Positions 38,881 to 51,714 are shown, counted from the first letter of the stretch. The stretch is DNA of 64,000 nt from Isurus oxyrinchus (GCA_026770705.1 JANJGN010000034.1:3782001-3846000); one strand, 5' to 3'. Numbers and translations are program-made. The notes: generated by a model from the sequence alone, not told the origin.

Positions 38881-41458
38881 GCACTGAAAAGCATCCAACT
38901 AACACAATAATCAACTTTGAATGTACGCATTGTTGGAAGTGGCAACCATAAGTAATTTAACCGTAATTGTGTTTTCTTTAGTTGTAACGTGCACGTGTCC
39001 CTAATCTACATTATTCTATTGGACATATGGTTTAGATAATGAGGGCATATTATGGTAACCATCCATCGACAAGTCACACTTTTTGCACGTGTTCAAACTG
39101 GCTACTGGATTGTCTTTTCCCTGATTCGATGTTTTCTTAAATTCCAACGTTCACCATTGGTAAAAGATTCTGACTCACAGTTTTAACATAGAATGTGAAG
39201 GGTATACATGGATATTTTTTTAAAATAATGTTCACATTCCCTCTAAAGCGAAACGCATTGTTTTTTTATTTTTCCTGTCTGTTTATAGCGAGCACGTTTT
39301 CCTGGTTATTTAATGCCCATCGCCTTCATAAAGTTAAACAAATAAAACGTTTTAAAGCAAAAATTAAGAAAGTACTCAACGGGAGGAGGGCTAATTGCAA
39401 TGAGATTCAAGTGAATCTTAACCCGATGAATTGAAAACAAAGTAAAAACGCTATAGGGGATGTCCAGGGAAATTTAATGCATCAGACCATGGCCGCCATA
39501 TCAATACAATGGAACCGTTGGCTTTTCCTGTGTTTTATATTTCTATTGATGCAGCGAAGTTAGATAAAGTACCAAAGCAAACATGGGCTGCGACCGAAGA
39601 GGAGGAAATGCAGAACAGAATAGAACCAATTAAGTTCATCCTCGGCTACTAAGAGGTGCATGGGTGGTGAAAATATTAGTTCTGGTTAAAATCATGCACC
39701 ACCAATTAGATATGCAAACGCGCTAGAGAACTGTGGGATTGCAAATATTACAGCCCTGTTTATAAAAGGAAGGAGCGTAAATTTGACAGCAAATTGGCCA
39801 CAGGTCAAATATCCGCCGTGCTCTAATGTTAAAGGAGACCAAATCAGTTTCCACTTGGATAAATGGCGCTTAATAAATAATGAACTCAGGCATTTCATAA
39901 AGAAATTCAGCTTTGCCGAAATTGGCATTTGATGAAGCATCAGAGAACGCTGCACAAAACTACGTGAATGACGTTGTTTATTTCGACTTTCAAAAGTCCT
40001 ATGATAACATAATAATCCCGGTTGACCAAACAATGCCGAAAAAATAGCTTTCGCCTTAACAAGCCTTATAATCGACAGGTAGCGGGAATTTTAGAGGCAA
40101 TTCGCTGCACACGGTTGTCTTATCACAAAAAAAGCCGCTAAATTAGATCTGCGAATGTATGTCTGACCGGAAATTTGACGGCTCCTGAAGCATTCGTATT
40201 GAAGTTTTTTTCTCCCGGAGACGTCGTTTATAACGCAAATAAGTATGTTTTTGTCTAATAATTGCATTGATATGCAGTCAATTAGACGGGATGAAAAAAA
40301 CATGTTTTAAACTTTTCTACATCTAAAGAAAAGATCTTTGGGCACAATTGGACATCACGTTATTTTTCAGCTTTGCTTATTGAACATGTACTCAAATGCA
40401 TTCTATTTAACGCCATAATGGAATGCAAAACATTCCAACATTCTGGCGGATTTAAAGGTGTGCTAACTGCTATGGGTAGACATTTCACATTCCCATATAT
40501 ATTTCCACCCTGAGGCTTTCGGAGAGATCAAATGATTGAAGCAGCGCATGACCTGCAAAAAGTGTGCAGCAAACTCTGTAGCTTAATGCTTAAATGCTTT
40601 TTTGCAGATTCGGAAGATGCTGCCTGATTTATTTCATATGGACGACTGAGCTCACTATCACCCTTAACACAATGAACAGGCTATTATTTCTGTTGTAATA
40701 TATTCCGCACTCTCACCAGAAATGAGGTGATTCTTCTATAGATTGTTTAAATGACCTGAACTGCAATCCATCAAAATCGTTTGCCTTAAGTTCCCCAGAT
40801 TTGGTTCCTCTGTTAATTATCTACCGAAATAGATATTAGCTAAATATCTTTTTTTTTCTCTTCTTTAACATTGTTAATTCCACAGGCAAGGACAAACAGA
40901 GATATGCAACATTGATTTTAATGTAGCAACTATTTTATATTCGAGAAAGCAACACACCTCGTTCTTTTTCATTGTACAATGGTCCTGTGAGGTTAAAAAA
41001 TTGTAACATAGATGTAATAAATGCCTCGAAGTGGAAGAAGTGATCTATTTGAAAAATAAAACATTTCACTGATTTTATTAACATTCACCTTTCCAAAACC
41101 GTACAAATGTATTAATACTACTACTAGTAACAATAATAACAATAGTTGCTATTCATTATAGTCATATTGTTTGCTAACAAAGATAACTGTACATTTATGT
41201 CTGGCGCTCTCCCATTAGAATGGTATATTCACATTGCCTGGGTTCCTTTCGGCCTATCCAGCACTTAGTTCAACAAAGCCAGAATTGAACTTCGAGAAAA
41301 TGGATTGCCATCATGACATCAGCGCAGCTGTGCTGTCCAAAACGAACGTCTGATTCATTGTGGTAGAGGGCTGTTTTATTTTCAACATATCAGCCGGCCG
41401 AATTGAGGACTTCTTCCGATAAATCTTGCGTGTGCCGAAGGCTTGCTGCCTTTCTCAC

Positions 41459-41530
41459 CATACAGCAGGGAAATTAATGTGCAACTTTCAATACTTGCTG
41501 TTCCTGAGATATTGCTTTTCTCATTGTTAC
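41459..41530 (-). pseudogene. Possible 72-nt phase 1-1 exon with mutated acceptor
   Basis: ctctcttttaatttgg|(G)NNEKSNISGTASIESCTLISLLY|gtgaga; acceptor TGG instead of TAG; 3' boundary uncertain. Confidence 0.3.
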
Positions 41531-41576
41531 CCAAATTAAAAGAGAGCACCAAATCACCAGGAAATAACAGGAGCGA

Positions 41577-41613
41577 TAATAATAATAATAATAATAACAA
41601 TAATAATAATAAT
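41577..41613. repeat. (AAT)n microsatellite
   Basis: AAT run with one AAC. Confidence 0.95.
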
Positions 41614-41625
41614 AGTATACATACA

Positions 41626-41960
41626 GGGGAGGCAGTGACGTGGTGTTATTTCTACTGGCGTAATAATCCAGAGACCCAGACCAGGCAAATGATGGTATTA
41701 GTTTTTACTTAAAATCTTTCATTAAATGCCTAATGATAACCATGAAAAGATTATCAATCTTCATAAATTTCCATTTTTTTCACTAGTGTCCCTTGGGGAA
41801 ACGAATCTGCCGTCCTTACCTGGCCTGGTCTACATGTGGCTCAAGACCTACAGCAATGTGTTTGATTCGTAAAAACTTAATGAAGTGGCCTGGCGAGCCA
41901 TCAATTCTATCATCATTGCTAGGCAGTATATAAGGAATATGGACTTCAGCGGTTCAAGGT
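41626..41960 (+). mobile_element. tRNA-derived Deu-type SINE (SacSINE1-like)
   Basis: Head ggggaggcagtg..taatccagagaccca and body aatctgccgtccttacctggcctggtctacatgtg..cagcaatgtg, as recalled for shark SINEs. Confidence 0.7.
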
Positions 41961-43284
41961 GAATGGTTGCAGCAGCGCAGGGCCTGAAGAAAGTGAACAT
42001 AACCCATTGTAATTGAATGCTTAATTGCAAATTTACATAAACTAAAGCTGGTGTCCGTTTAATTGCATGAGGCCTAAAGGGCTCAACATGTTTCTTATCA
42101 CACTATGCTGCTCATTGCTTCTGTTACCAATGTATTCTGGTGTCTTAACTCGAGGTGAGGGGATTAATTGTTAACTTGTTTTAGCACTCAGAACTGCAAT
42201 CCATCATTATAGAGTGTAATGTGTTGCCCAGAAGTAGTTGCTCTGCGAATTATCCAGCGCATTAAATATCAGTTAAATTATCTAATTGTTGGAGATGGCC
42301 ATTGATGGCATTTTTAATGGCATTACCTTACATGCTATTTATTTATTTGATCTTAGAATTTGTCCACGTATTTTCGCATATCAACACAGTTTGCTACTTT
42401 GATCATTGTATACAATGTGTTTGAAAAAAAAAATACGCTGCTCTTTTCTCTCCACCAGAACTCAAGGCTGTCTAGTCCATGATTGCACAGTTATGGTGAT
42501 GTACCGTTTACGGAAATATATATGGTGAACATGAATAGAACAAGACATTCTCCATCTATTCTGGGTATACATACTTAATGTTATCCATCAATACGGAGTG
42601 TGTCCTTAGTATGAAGATCGCATTTGTCTCCAGAAGCAGTGAGTGCCATGAATAATGTGATTATTATGGAAAGAAAAAAAAAACGCATTCATCCTATCCG
42701 CTCCATGCCTTCTTGCTTTGAATCAATATAATCATTACTGACATAGACAAATACATCAGGGAGGTGGAGAGAAGGAGTTCAAGTTGGATGTTCCTTCTTA
42801 CTGTTAATCTCAGACACTGTGGCGGGCTGAATCTGGCAGGAACGTCCTTCATTAACCTGTCAGCTCAGTCATTCGTGGGGCTTATTTAAGAAACTTTTGT
42901 AGGTTTGAGTCATGCATTGAGAAGCGTAATGTTGAGTATAGGGCAAACACGGGCGAGACCGCCTTCCCTCTCAACCCCCTCAGCCCCACATCCGACCCCA
43001 CATTACCCCCACATTCAGAAAGTCAGAAATAAATTTATTTCTGGAAAGGTAATATAACTGATGTAAAGCCAAATTTAAAGCGCTACCTTCAAACAGTGTT
43101 ATAAATTCTGACCGAGTGTAAGGACCATGGTGTCCTGACGTTTGAGTTTTATTCAACCTCTGAGATGTTTAAAACCTAAATTCCACCAAAACATTCACAT
43201 GCATAAACAATGCTTATGCTAAAGACATGCTAAAATGTGTCATCATTATATAATTTACGAGCCGAAATTGAAATAAAGATGCAT

Positions 43285-43320
43285 CTGCGCGTTTCAGATC
43301 TGCCCTGGCTTTTTCTACTT
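43285..43320 (-). pseudogene. 36-nt phase 1-1 microexon with dead donor, (E)VEKARADLKRA
   Basis: catttttttttcattttag-type acceptor|AAGTAGAAAAAGCCAGGGCAGATCTGAAACGCGCAG|atgcat; same length and phase as other 36-mers, donor GT>AT. Confidence 0.6.
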
Positions 43321-45624
43321 CTAAAATGAAAAAAAATGAACAACATTTGTCATCTGACACACTAAATGTTAATTGAATTCCATAAGCTTTGCGGCTCACT
43401 TCAATTATTATTGTATAACTATCTCAGTATTATATACGGTGGCTGTGAAGATCAAGTGTGTTTCAGTGCCAGATTTTTTTTATTTCCCAAAAAGGAAGCA
43501 ATGAGAGCGTTATGCGAATCTATTGGAAATCACTGTTGTAGACTCGGCTAGAGAAAACTAAATAAAATACACATGAATGTGAGTTAGTCTGAATAATACG
43601 GCCTCTAATGCTCTCCGTCGTAGACAGTTCAAAATTGTGACAATTCTGCAACAGTTTTGTTTCTTGGCAAATATCATGTTACAATTCTGCTAACCGTGTC
43701 CTGGAGTGCTGGAATCATTCCTCAATATTTAAACATTTCACGCCCCTTCAAACAGTTAACATAACAGCGACTGTCATTCTTTGAAACTACATGTCAAGTT
43801 TCACTCAACCTTTCCTCATAAGTCAACCCCTATCCTCAAGCATCGATCGACTGCATCTTCCCGGAACTACCTCCAATGCAAGTATAACATGCCTTAATTT
43901 AGGAAACCAGTGCTGTACACAATATTCTCGCTGTGGACCCAATAGCACTCTGTGCACTCAGAGTTACTCTTCTGTACGTTAATACTCGTTCAGCTTTTCC
44001 AAAAGACCACCACTCAATTTGCAATCTTGATAAAGCTTCTATTGTATGCAGTTCTCGGTTTTTTATGTCCTTATCAAAGAAATGGCGTTTAATTTCGTTT
44101 TTTTTTATCAGTCATCACGTATTCAAAACCGATACTTGTTAACAGATGAACTGGCGTTTCGATGGAATATAGTTCTTCCCGTGGCTTTAATTTTAATTAC
44201 CATCATGCCGTTCAACCGCCATACATTTCCATTGTTGCATCTGTCATTTTTTCACTGAGAACATTTTCACATTGCAAAAGCTCCGGTGGATGACTTACTA
44301 TTGCTACACGTTTAGAATGATACATGTAACATCGAACTCACTCTTTTGTTTGCTTACGTTTTGTCAGAAAGGATAGAGTAGGTATGTCAAAGCTTTAATA
44401 AAAATAATTTTGATGAAACTCAGTGACCTGAAACGCTGACCTGGTTTGCCCGTCCATATTCTGCCAGTCCCACATCTTACTTCCAGCACGCCTATTCTCT
44501 CTTGTTCCAGTCTCCCATCTTGATCTGCATTTCCCCTCTGACATTCATTACTGACCAATATTTGTGTGCGTTTTGCCCTCCCTGTACAGACCAATGTCTT
44601 ATTATTTTAGTCATGGCATTAGCAACCAAGGTTAATTATTCCATCAAAATCATGATTCCATTATGTCTTAGAGTTACTTTATGATATACCCAATATTAAT
44701 ATAGAATTATATAGAAGTAATTGTTGTGGAGTAGTTGATACAGCACGCATAATTCTGAGTAGGGGCTGGTTAAGGTCTACTGGTGCAAAGTTCCAGCAGC
44801 ACCATCCCACCAACCAGCCCCCACCCCTGTCCACCGTTTTATATAACAGGGAACCGTTCAGCTCAATTTTTTAATTGCAAAATGGTACAATAATCCTGAT
44901 TCTAAATTATGTCTTGAAACAAAAAAAAAAGTTCTGCCTGAAAGGTGTAGTAGATATTGCATTGCTAATCCTACATTGATCCAACGTCTCCTTCTGCCGC
45001 ACCCAACAAACTGACTCCATCCCTCCCCCATGCACGCTGTAACCCCCACACATACCTCCTACCTTCCCCGCCTTGCTTTGAAATATTCTACAACCTGAAA
45101 CATCTTATCGTATAGATTTTCTTTTTACTGAGGTGTTGCACATGCTGAGAAATAAAATTGAGTTTCTATTCGATATTCAGCGTTGACAGGAAGGTCCTGA
45201 AACATCATTCGATTTTAGGCTGTTGAATCGGGCTTTTCATGAGTCATTTCCTGGCTTCCGTGTTGCAGTTCTACTGAAGTTGTGTTCCATCTTCATTATA
45301 TGTTTTAAAATTGTAATGTTCACATTTATCTCTATTCTCTCTATTCTATTCAACAAAATATATGAATACAGCAAAGTTACAATACCCTTGCGGCACATAT
45401 GAGTGGGTAATATGTTAAGCTGAAGATGGTGCGAGGGAAGTTGAAGGAAATGTGCAGATCATCCATTCTCTGTGCATTACAATAGAGTGGATTTCCCACC
45501 AATACAACAAAAGGTACATTGGTAGGACAAATAACAAGATATTTTGTAATCTTATTTTTCTTCAGGAAAGAAAACAGTTGATGAGGCGTTACCTTGTTGG
45601 TATGTATTCAGTTTTTCGTCAGTA

Positions 45625-45625
<1 letters not shown>

Positions 45626-45657
<32 letters not shown>
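45626..45657. repeat. (TA)n microsatellite
   Basis: TA run with one interruption. Confidence 0.93.
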
Positions 45658-45715
45658 GTAATAGAGTAATAAATAGAATTCATTGGCAGCAATAGATTGC
45701 GGCACATTTGCTTAC

Positions 45716-45752
45716 CCGTCGCTTCCAACTCCTTCTAACATCCAGTGGTAAC
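45716..45752 (-). pseudogene. 37-nt phase 0-1 exon, VTTGC*KELEAT, disabled
   Basis: cattttaacat|...|gtaagc; acceptor CAG>CAT and a TAG; phases bridge the 46187 exon (ends phase 0) and 43320 exon (starts phase 1). Confidence 0.45.
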
Positions 45753-46186
45753 ATGTTAAAATGAGGACACTTTTCCAATTATAGTCATTTTCATTTTGAG
45801 AATTATTCCCCATTCAGTTGTGAGGCATGGGCGTCCCTGGCTGGCCCAGTATTTCTGTCTCTCCCTAATTGCCCTTCAGATGGTTGTGGTGAAATGCCTT
45901 CTTGAACCATCTCAGTCCTATGAGGCCTATGAACACGCACAGTGCTTTTCGGGAGGGGGTTACACAGATTTTTTAAACAAAGGCTATGAGGGAAGGGCGA
46001 TTTTTCCAAATCCGAATTGTGAATGGCTTATAGACGATCATAGTTAGATTCCCATTACGAATCCAATAAGGCATTCTAATCCATTCCAATGTCCATAATT
46101 AGGAATTTAGCGGGTATGGGCTACCAGCTGAAATGCTTCATATAATTGTCATAGCGGTGCTTAAAGTGTAGCTAGATTTGTTTTAC

Positions 46187-46253
46187 CTTAAATAATTGAA
46201 TGTGTGAGTCTCTGGCCAACAACAATTCTTTTTCCTTATTGTGCTTCAAAATT
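46187..46253 (-). CDS. 67-nt phase 2-0 exon, (K)ILKHNKEKELLLARDSHIQLFK
   Basis: tgtaacatacag|A ATT TTG AAG..TTT AAG|gtaaaa; open, in a unique island between LINE pieces. Confidence 0.55.
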
Positions 46254-46269
46254 CTGTATGTTACAGTTA

Positions 46270-48100
46270 AATCCAGGGTGCTTGAGCAAGGGAGATCAGA
46301 GTTTTTATTTCAGAGACAGTGAAGGAACAGAGATAAAGTTTTAAATCAGAATGTGTGTCGCTTGCAGGATCCAGCTTGGTGGTTGTGGAAATTCCAGTAG
46401 AATTGAGCATCGTGATTTGCTGCAGTGCATATTTTACGTGCTATTTTCAGTTCCTACTGTGCATGGAGGAAGTGAACTACTTTTCATGCGATGGATGGGC
46501 GTCGTTGCAGGTCACAAACTGTATCCAGGATGGTGCGAGAATCGTGAGTGAGGTGGGTGCCTCGCCAATCCAGGCAAACGCAGACTGTTCCAAAAGACTC
46601 TTGACCGCTGCTTTGTGGATGGTGGACAGATTATTGGCAGACAGGAGTTATATTGTCGCCTCAGAGTTCCAAGCCTGTGCCCAGCTTTTGTAACAAGAAC
46701 ATCTCAGTGGCTACTTCAGTTAATTTTCTCGTGCATATTAACAGTCGGGATTTTGAACGTTAGAGATTGAGCGATGGAAATATCCTTATAAAGCAAATGG
46801 GAATGGTTATATTCTCTATATAAAAACAAAAAAAACTGCGCATGCTGTAAATCCAAAACAAAAACTGTATTACCTGGAAAAAAACTCAGCAGGTCTGGGA
46901 GCATCGGCGGAGAAGAAAAGAGGTTACGTTTCGAGTCCTCATGAGCCAGTTCTTTCGAAGGGTCATGAGGACTCGAAACGTCAACTCTTTTCTTCTCCGC
47001 CGATTCTGCCAGACCTGCTGAGTTTTTACAGGTAATTCTGTTTTTGTTATGGTTATATTCTCAGCTGCTTACTTGATCATTGTCTGGCATGTGAGTGACA
47101 CAGATCTGATTTGCCACACATCTGCTTATACATTGTTGAGGCTTTGCCACTTGCGGATAAGGGGTGCTTCTATATATGAGGAATTCCAAAAGGTACTGGA
47201 CGCAGTGTGCATTTCAGCCATCATTACGGCTTCCAGCTGAAACGGCATGGGCCTAGTGCATTATCCCAAGGAACACCTGCAAGCAATGTCCTGAGACTGA
47301 ACTGATTGTATTTCAACAACAATGGTCATCTTGCTTTCTGTTAGGTACGACTCCAAGCAGTCGTGACCCATTACGCACTCTGGGATCCCCAAATGACTAA
47401 AATAGCCTGAAGACTCTTTGAGGCCACAATCAGGCACCTAACGTCTTCATTACAGTTGTGATGACTGTTGGCCAACGTTTTTGTTCAATACATTTGTTTT
47501 CTAGCCTATAACTAATGAGCCAGAAGCCAAAAGTGCGTGGAAAAACACAAACAGAGCCAAATGAAGAAATTTGCGCTGCACGGCATGGCAGAAAACGACT
47601 GCCGTTGCTTCGCTGCCGATCGAGACTGGAACTCTGGGGCAGTTATTTTCAGAATTGAGTTTGTTCCACTTCGGTTTTTGTTTATTTGGTTAGTACATTC
47701 CTGTTAAATATTTCACATGCCATGATGTCAGTAGTACTGGAATACCTCGGTTCGTGACAAGGCTAGATGGGGAGATCAATTTTCAGTAAAACCGTCGGGA
47801 TGTTCTCACGGCCCATATATTTTATAGTATCCAGTGCCATCAGCCTTTGCTGGATATCACATGGAATAATGTAACTGGCTGTAGTGCATGTGGTTTTGGG
47901 AGCCCCAGGAACCCTGGATGAGATGGATCATTCTCGCTAAATATGGTTGGAAATGCTTCAATATTGACTTTTGCACGCATTGTTTGGATTCAGCTGGCAT
48001 TGAGGCCGGGGATATTTGCGAATCCTCCTCATCTATTTGACTGTCCATCATCATTCATGGCTGCAATTGGCAGGACAACAGAGTTTGAATCTGTTCTTCG
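46270..48100 (-). mobile_element. L2/CR1-like LINE remnant
   Basis: Minus frame EAFPTIFSE..DPS and DIQQRLMALDTIK.MG.ENIP at ~47790-47960; 3' region toward 46270. Confidence 0.65.
46817..47048. mobile_element. Penelope-terminus insertion, two inverted termini, 14-bp TSD
   Basis: ATGGTTATATTCTC at 46803-46816 and 47049-47062; ~46857-46944 is the near reverse complement of ~46963-47048. Confidence 0.9.
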
Positions 48101-48473
48101 GTCGCATAGCTTTGTGTATTGTAGTTGAGTTCGGGTATTTAACATGCAATGTTCCCTGTGTTGCTTCAGTCTGTTTTTAAAATATTTGTTTATTGCAATC
48201 ACCACCGAATCAATTTTCTTCAAGTGGAGTTTTGGCAGAAGGTGCAAGATGTTCAACAAAATCCAGTTGCTTCAAATGCTCTAAATTGGTGTATTCTCAT
48301 CAAGGAAAACTGGGGATGAAAAGCAACACAACGGTAACACCAAGGGAGATCGTGTTGTGCATCTGCATGGACTCGTATGTAAAAAAAAAATATTGTACCT
48401 GCTGAATTATACAATTTGAGGATGTCTGATTTTCTGTGTCCACATCGGTTAACAATGATACATCTTAACTCAC

Positions 48474-48745
48474 TTACTGTCCAAAACCTTGACCAATTCA
48501 GTTCCCATTAATATCTAGGAGTAAACATCTTCAGATTTCTGCGGTACACAAATCTAAAGTTTCACAATCTTCTAATTGAAGAATTATGACATTCTTCAAG
48601 TTCTAAATTACATTATCATGATTAAAATCTCCGCTTGCATTTTTTCAAACAATGCAGCTGCCTCTCAGAATATACATTGTCTTCAAAGTATGTTTCAATA
48701 TTTTGCTCTGGTAATATTTTAGCTTCCAGAAAATCAGCACATATT
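48474..48745 (-). pseudogene. 272-nt exon, phase 2 start and phase 2 end, frameshifted
   Basis: ctgttgtgtataag|(R)ICADFLEAKILPEQ..ELVKVLDS(K)|gtgagt; both ends phase-match neighbours but length is not a multiple of 3 and stops are present. Confidence 0.5.
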
Positions 48746-50375
48746 CTTATACACAACAGAATATATGAGACCGTTTGAACCAGTCTGGCTGATGGCACAG
48801 CATTCATATCATGGGAGTGGAGCTTGGATCTCGATAAGGCAAACTTCTCATTCCATAGGTCAATATTCTACACAAGTATTTAATGTTTTTTCAATGAGAG
48901 ACAAGAACACCCAATGAGATTTCCTCGCCCTTATACAGCAACATGCTTTTGCAAAGGAGAACAAACTACCTTATTTCTTCATTCTGCAAGTGTATTTAAG
49001 CTATTTGTGATTCTGTGGTATAGACCTGAGGAAAAGCCATCGGTCTGAAACTTAATCCTGTTCAGTTAGCATTGACTCATGGCAATCTCTCAATATTTCT
49101 TTTACCATTTCATGCATTTTTTCCAATTTTTGCCATCAGCTCATCTGTTTTGTTATCAAAGCTACACACATTGAATGCGCGTCTTGGAATTATGTTTTTG
49201 TTTTGCTTAGTTTTGCTCTTATCTGCTGGTGCACTCTTTATGTGCTAACCCTTCCTGTCACACTTTGGTTACCTTACCATATATATAACCTGCTCGATTT
49301 CCTTGAAATTTATCTGTAATTAACAACGTCTCATCTGATGTGACACACTGCCTCATCCCAGCAATCTATTAACAATCCACTACATAGTTAGAATACCTCC
49401 CTACAGCCCAAATTGTAGACTCTCCAGAACATTGGCCGCTGAACGTTTTGGCTGAAGAGTTTCTAATGGTGAAGCTTCCATTTTTAATTGCACTGGTGCT
49501 AGTGCCCCATGAATCGAATTCCATTTCTGCTTCATTAATGTTTTAGCCAAAACATTGGACTATTCAACTGTGCATACCTCACACTAGTACACTTCAGGCC
49601 CCATTAGGTATCCAGATATCATTATTGCTTTCAGCATTTTACAGCAGCTGCTAATTTAATCTGCTGGTTAAAAGCCGAGCACTTTTCCTTGAAATCTCCG
49701 AGCCATTCATACCCAGTGGAACCACAACAACTCCAAGGTCACCAAAAGCCACGAGCAGATGATCCCAACTCTGTAATTGAGAGGTTTTTCGATTTGCATG
49801 AGGATACTCTGAACCACAGGCTCACTCACGTGTCTGCTCAAATTATAACAATTGTCTCCCTGTTGCTTATCAGGGCCTGTCCGTAACCTTTATTCTCTGA
49901 GTCATTGTTCCCTCGCTGGCTCGCTGCTTACATTCTCGCTTCTGCCTCATTCCTCCCTTTGAACCTCGCTATTTATATTCATGCCACTATCTCCGATTGC
50001 AGTTAAATTGATTCGCACAAAAACGTGCCAATAGCCTTAATTAATGCATTGCAAACTGCTCAACTATGCATTTCAAATGGAAGTGGAGGTTCAATATGAA
50101 ATACATTTGCATTAAATCTTTGAAATGGGGATACAAATGAAAATGCGTGCAGCGAATTCCCTCGACTGAGTGAGATCAATTGGATTATATGCAATTTACT
50201 TGAAGTTGTTGAAACGGCACACTGAATTCCACAAATGAAAAAACGTTACACAGTTAATGATTAATTTTCTACTTCCCGTCGACAGAGATTCTATGGCAAA
50301 AATGAACATTCAATATTTGCCAAAATTTAAGTGACATTACGAAAGTGAAGTCAGACATTCCGATTAATTGTTTAC

Positions 50376-50950
50376 CTGTTCAAGACCAATCACAGTTCGA
50401 TTTCTAAGTTCTCCAAAGCTTTCTTCTGTTCCTTGCTTGTGGCATGACACAGTTCTGTGTATCGAATGCTGCTTCCTCTATTTGACCTTCAAGCGGTCCT
50501 GCAGTGTAGCTTTATCTTGTTGATAATACATATTTTATCTCTGTTTGTTTGTACCCGTGGCTTGCTCACCACCACTCCTCAATAAACCATGATTAGGCTC
50601 CGCTTTCTGATAACGGCAGAATGACAACACAGGGTAGACTCATGTTTACTCGTACTGATAGTGACATGCTCAATAACATCTCTAACTAGTAGAATTGTAT
50701 TTACATTATCTCTTAGATATTCCCGATCTGTCATAAATGTCCTTCAGGGCTCGAATAGCTCCGTCAGAAGATCCATTCTTGGTGATGGATCATGGATTAC
50801 CCCATCTGGAACACTTTCCGTGTCCATGTTATTTCTATGCCAATTCGAAGTGCTTTTAAGATGGGGGAGCACTGTTTCAATACTGGGTTGAGCGAATTTG
50901 CGAATATTCGTTAGGAAGTATATATTTGATATTGTGAAAACAGATGCCAT
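50376..50950 (-). pseudogene. Putative first coding exon of the coiled-coil gene, disabled
   Basis: aaaATGG at 50950; the same frame reads ..PRMDLLTELFEP*RTFMTDREYLRD..ELCHATSKEQKKALENLEIEL*LVLN(R)|gtaaac with four TGA stops. 5' boundary uncertain. Confidence 0.45.
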
Positions 50951-51073
50951 TTTACCGGGGTAAATGCCTATGCCTGCAACGGCAAAGTTCTTCAATGCAA
51001 ATGCAAACCATTTTCCCAAAGAATCAGTGTTTGCACCGCTGGTGTGACAGAAAATAAGCAGGGATGTTGAAGT

Positions 51074-51161
51074 AAAAACAAAAAAAACTGAAGGGTCATG
51101 AGGACTCGAAACGTCAACTCTTTTCTTCTCCGCCGATGCTGCCAGACCTGCTGAGTTTTTC
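51074..51161 (+). mobile_element. ~88-bp Penelope-terminus insertion with 15-bp TSD
   Basis: CAGGGATGTTGAAGT at 51059-51073 and 51162-51176; short inverted stub aaaaacaaaaaaaactg joined to a forward terminus identical in overlap to 22403-22477. Confidence 0.9.
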
Positions 51162-51711
51162 CAGGGATGTTGAAGTGTTTTTTGGGACATTTAAATCTCT
51201 AAGAATTAAACCTGTTATTAAACAGCCTAAGCGAAAGCTCACCTAATTTTTGGACAAACCTTCAGGTGCTAGCAGTGAGCACTTTGCAGGTCCACAGAAC
51301 TGGGTGTGGCATCATAATTTCGCATTCGTGAGTCGATTGCGGATGGCCCGTCTGGTTTTAGTTTATTTTACTGCTTGTCTGGAGCAGTTCTGCAGAAAAA
51401 CTAAGCTTTCAATTCCATATTGGAGGGAAAATCGGAGATGATATTGAGTCAAGCACCTGCTGGTTCAGGTAAGCACACCATATTCCCCTCCCAAAAAATC
51501 ATTACTGAACAAAATGTGCTGCATGTTTTTGAAGAATAAATGTATAGTTCTATGATCGCAAATAAACAAGATAGCTTCAATTAATTAAAAATATCAAATA
51601 ATTGAATTTAAATTCCAAACAGCTAACATATTGGAATTTGCAACAGCTTTTTGGGAGGTAAGGGATATTTTGACGAATGTCAGCAGCATCAGCAATAAGT
51701 AATTGTTACCA

Positions 51712-51714
<3 letters not shown>

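Larger units (their letters stand above)
6643..50950 (-). pseudogene. Unidentified multi-exon coiled-coil protein gene, largely disabled (overall span)
   Basis: At least 11 minus-strand exon-like segments with mostly compatible intron phases and Lys/Glu/Leu-rich translations; outer exons carry stops, frameshifts or single-base splice-site lesions. No orthologue recognised. Confidence 0.7.

Noticed and set aside
40756-40820. 65-nt minus-strand exon candidate (IINRGTKSGELKANDFDGLQF)
   Set aside because: Weak donor (gtcatt) and its open frame is not phase-compatible with neighbouring exons.
41382-41600. ORF with signal-peptide-like poly-Leu start
   Set aside because: Poly-Leu comes from the (AAT)n microsatellite and there is no ATG start.
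50376-50950. Four in-frame TGA codons read as selenocysteine or readthrough
   Set aside because: No SECIS identified; neighbouring exons have TAG/TAA stops and frameshifts, so decay is the simpler explanation.
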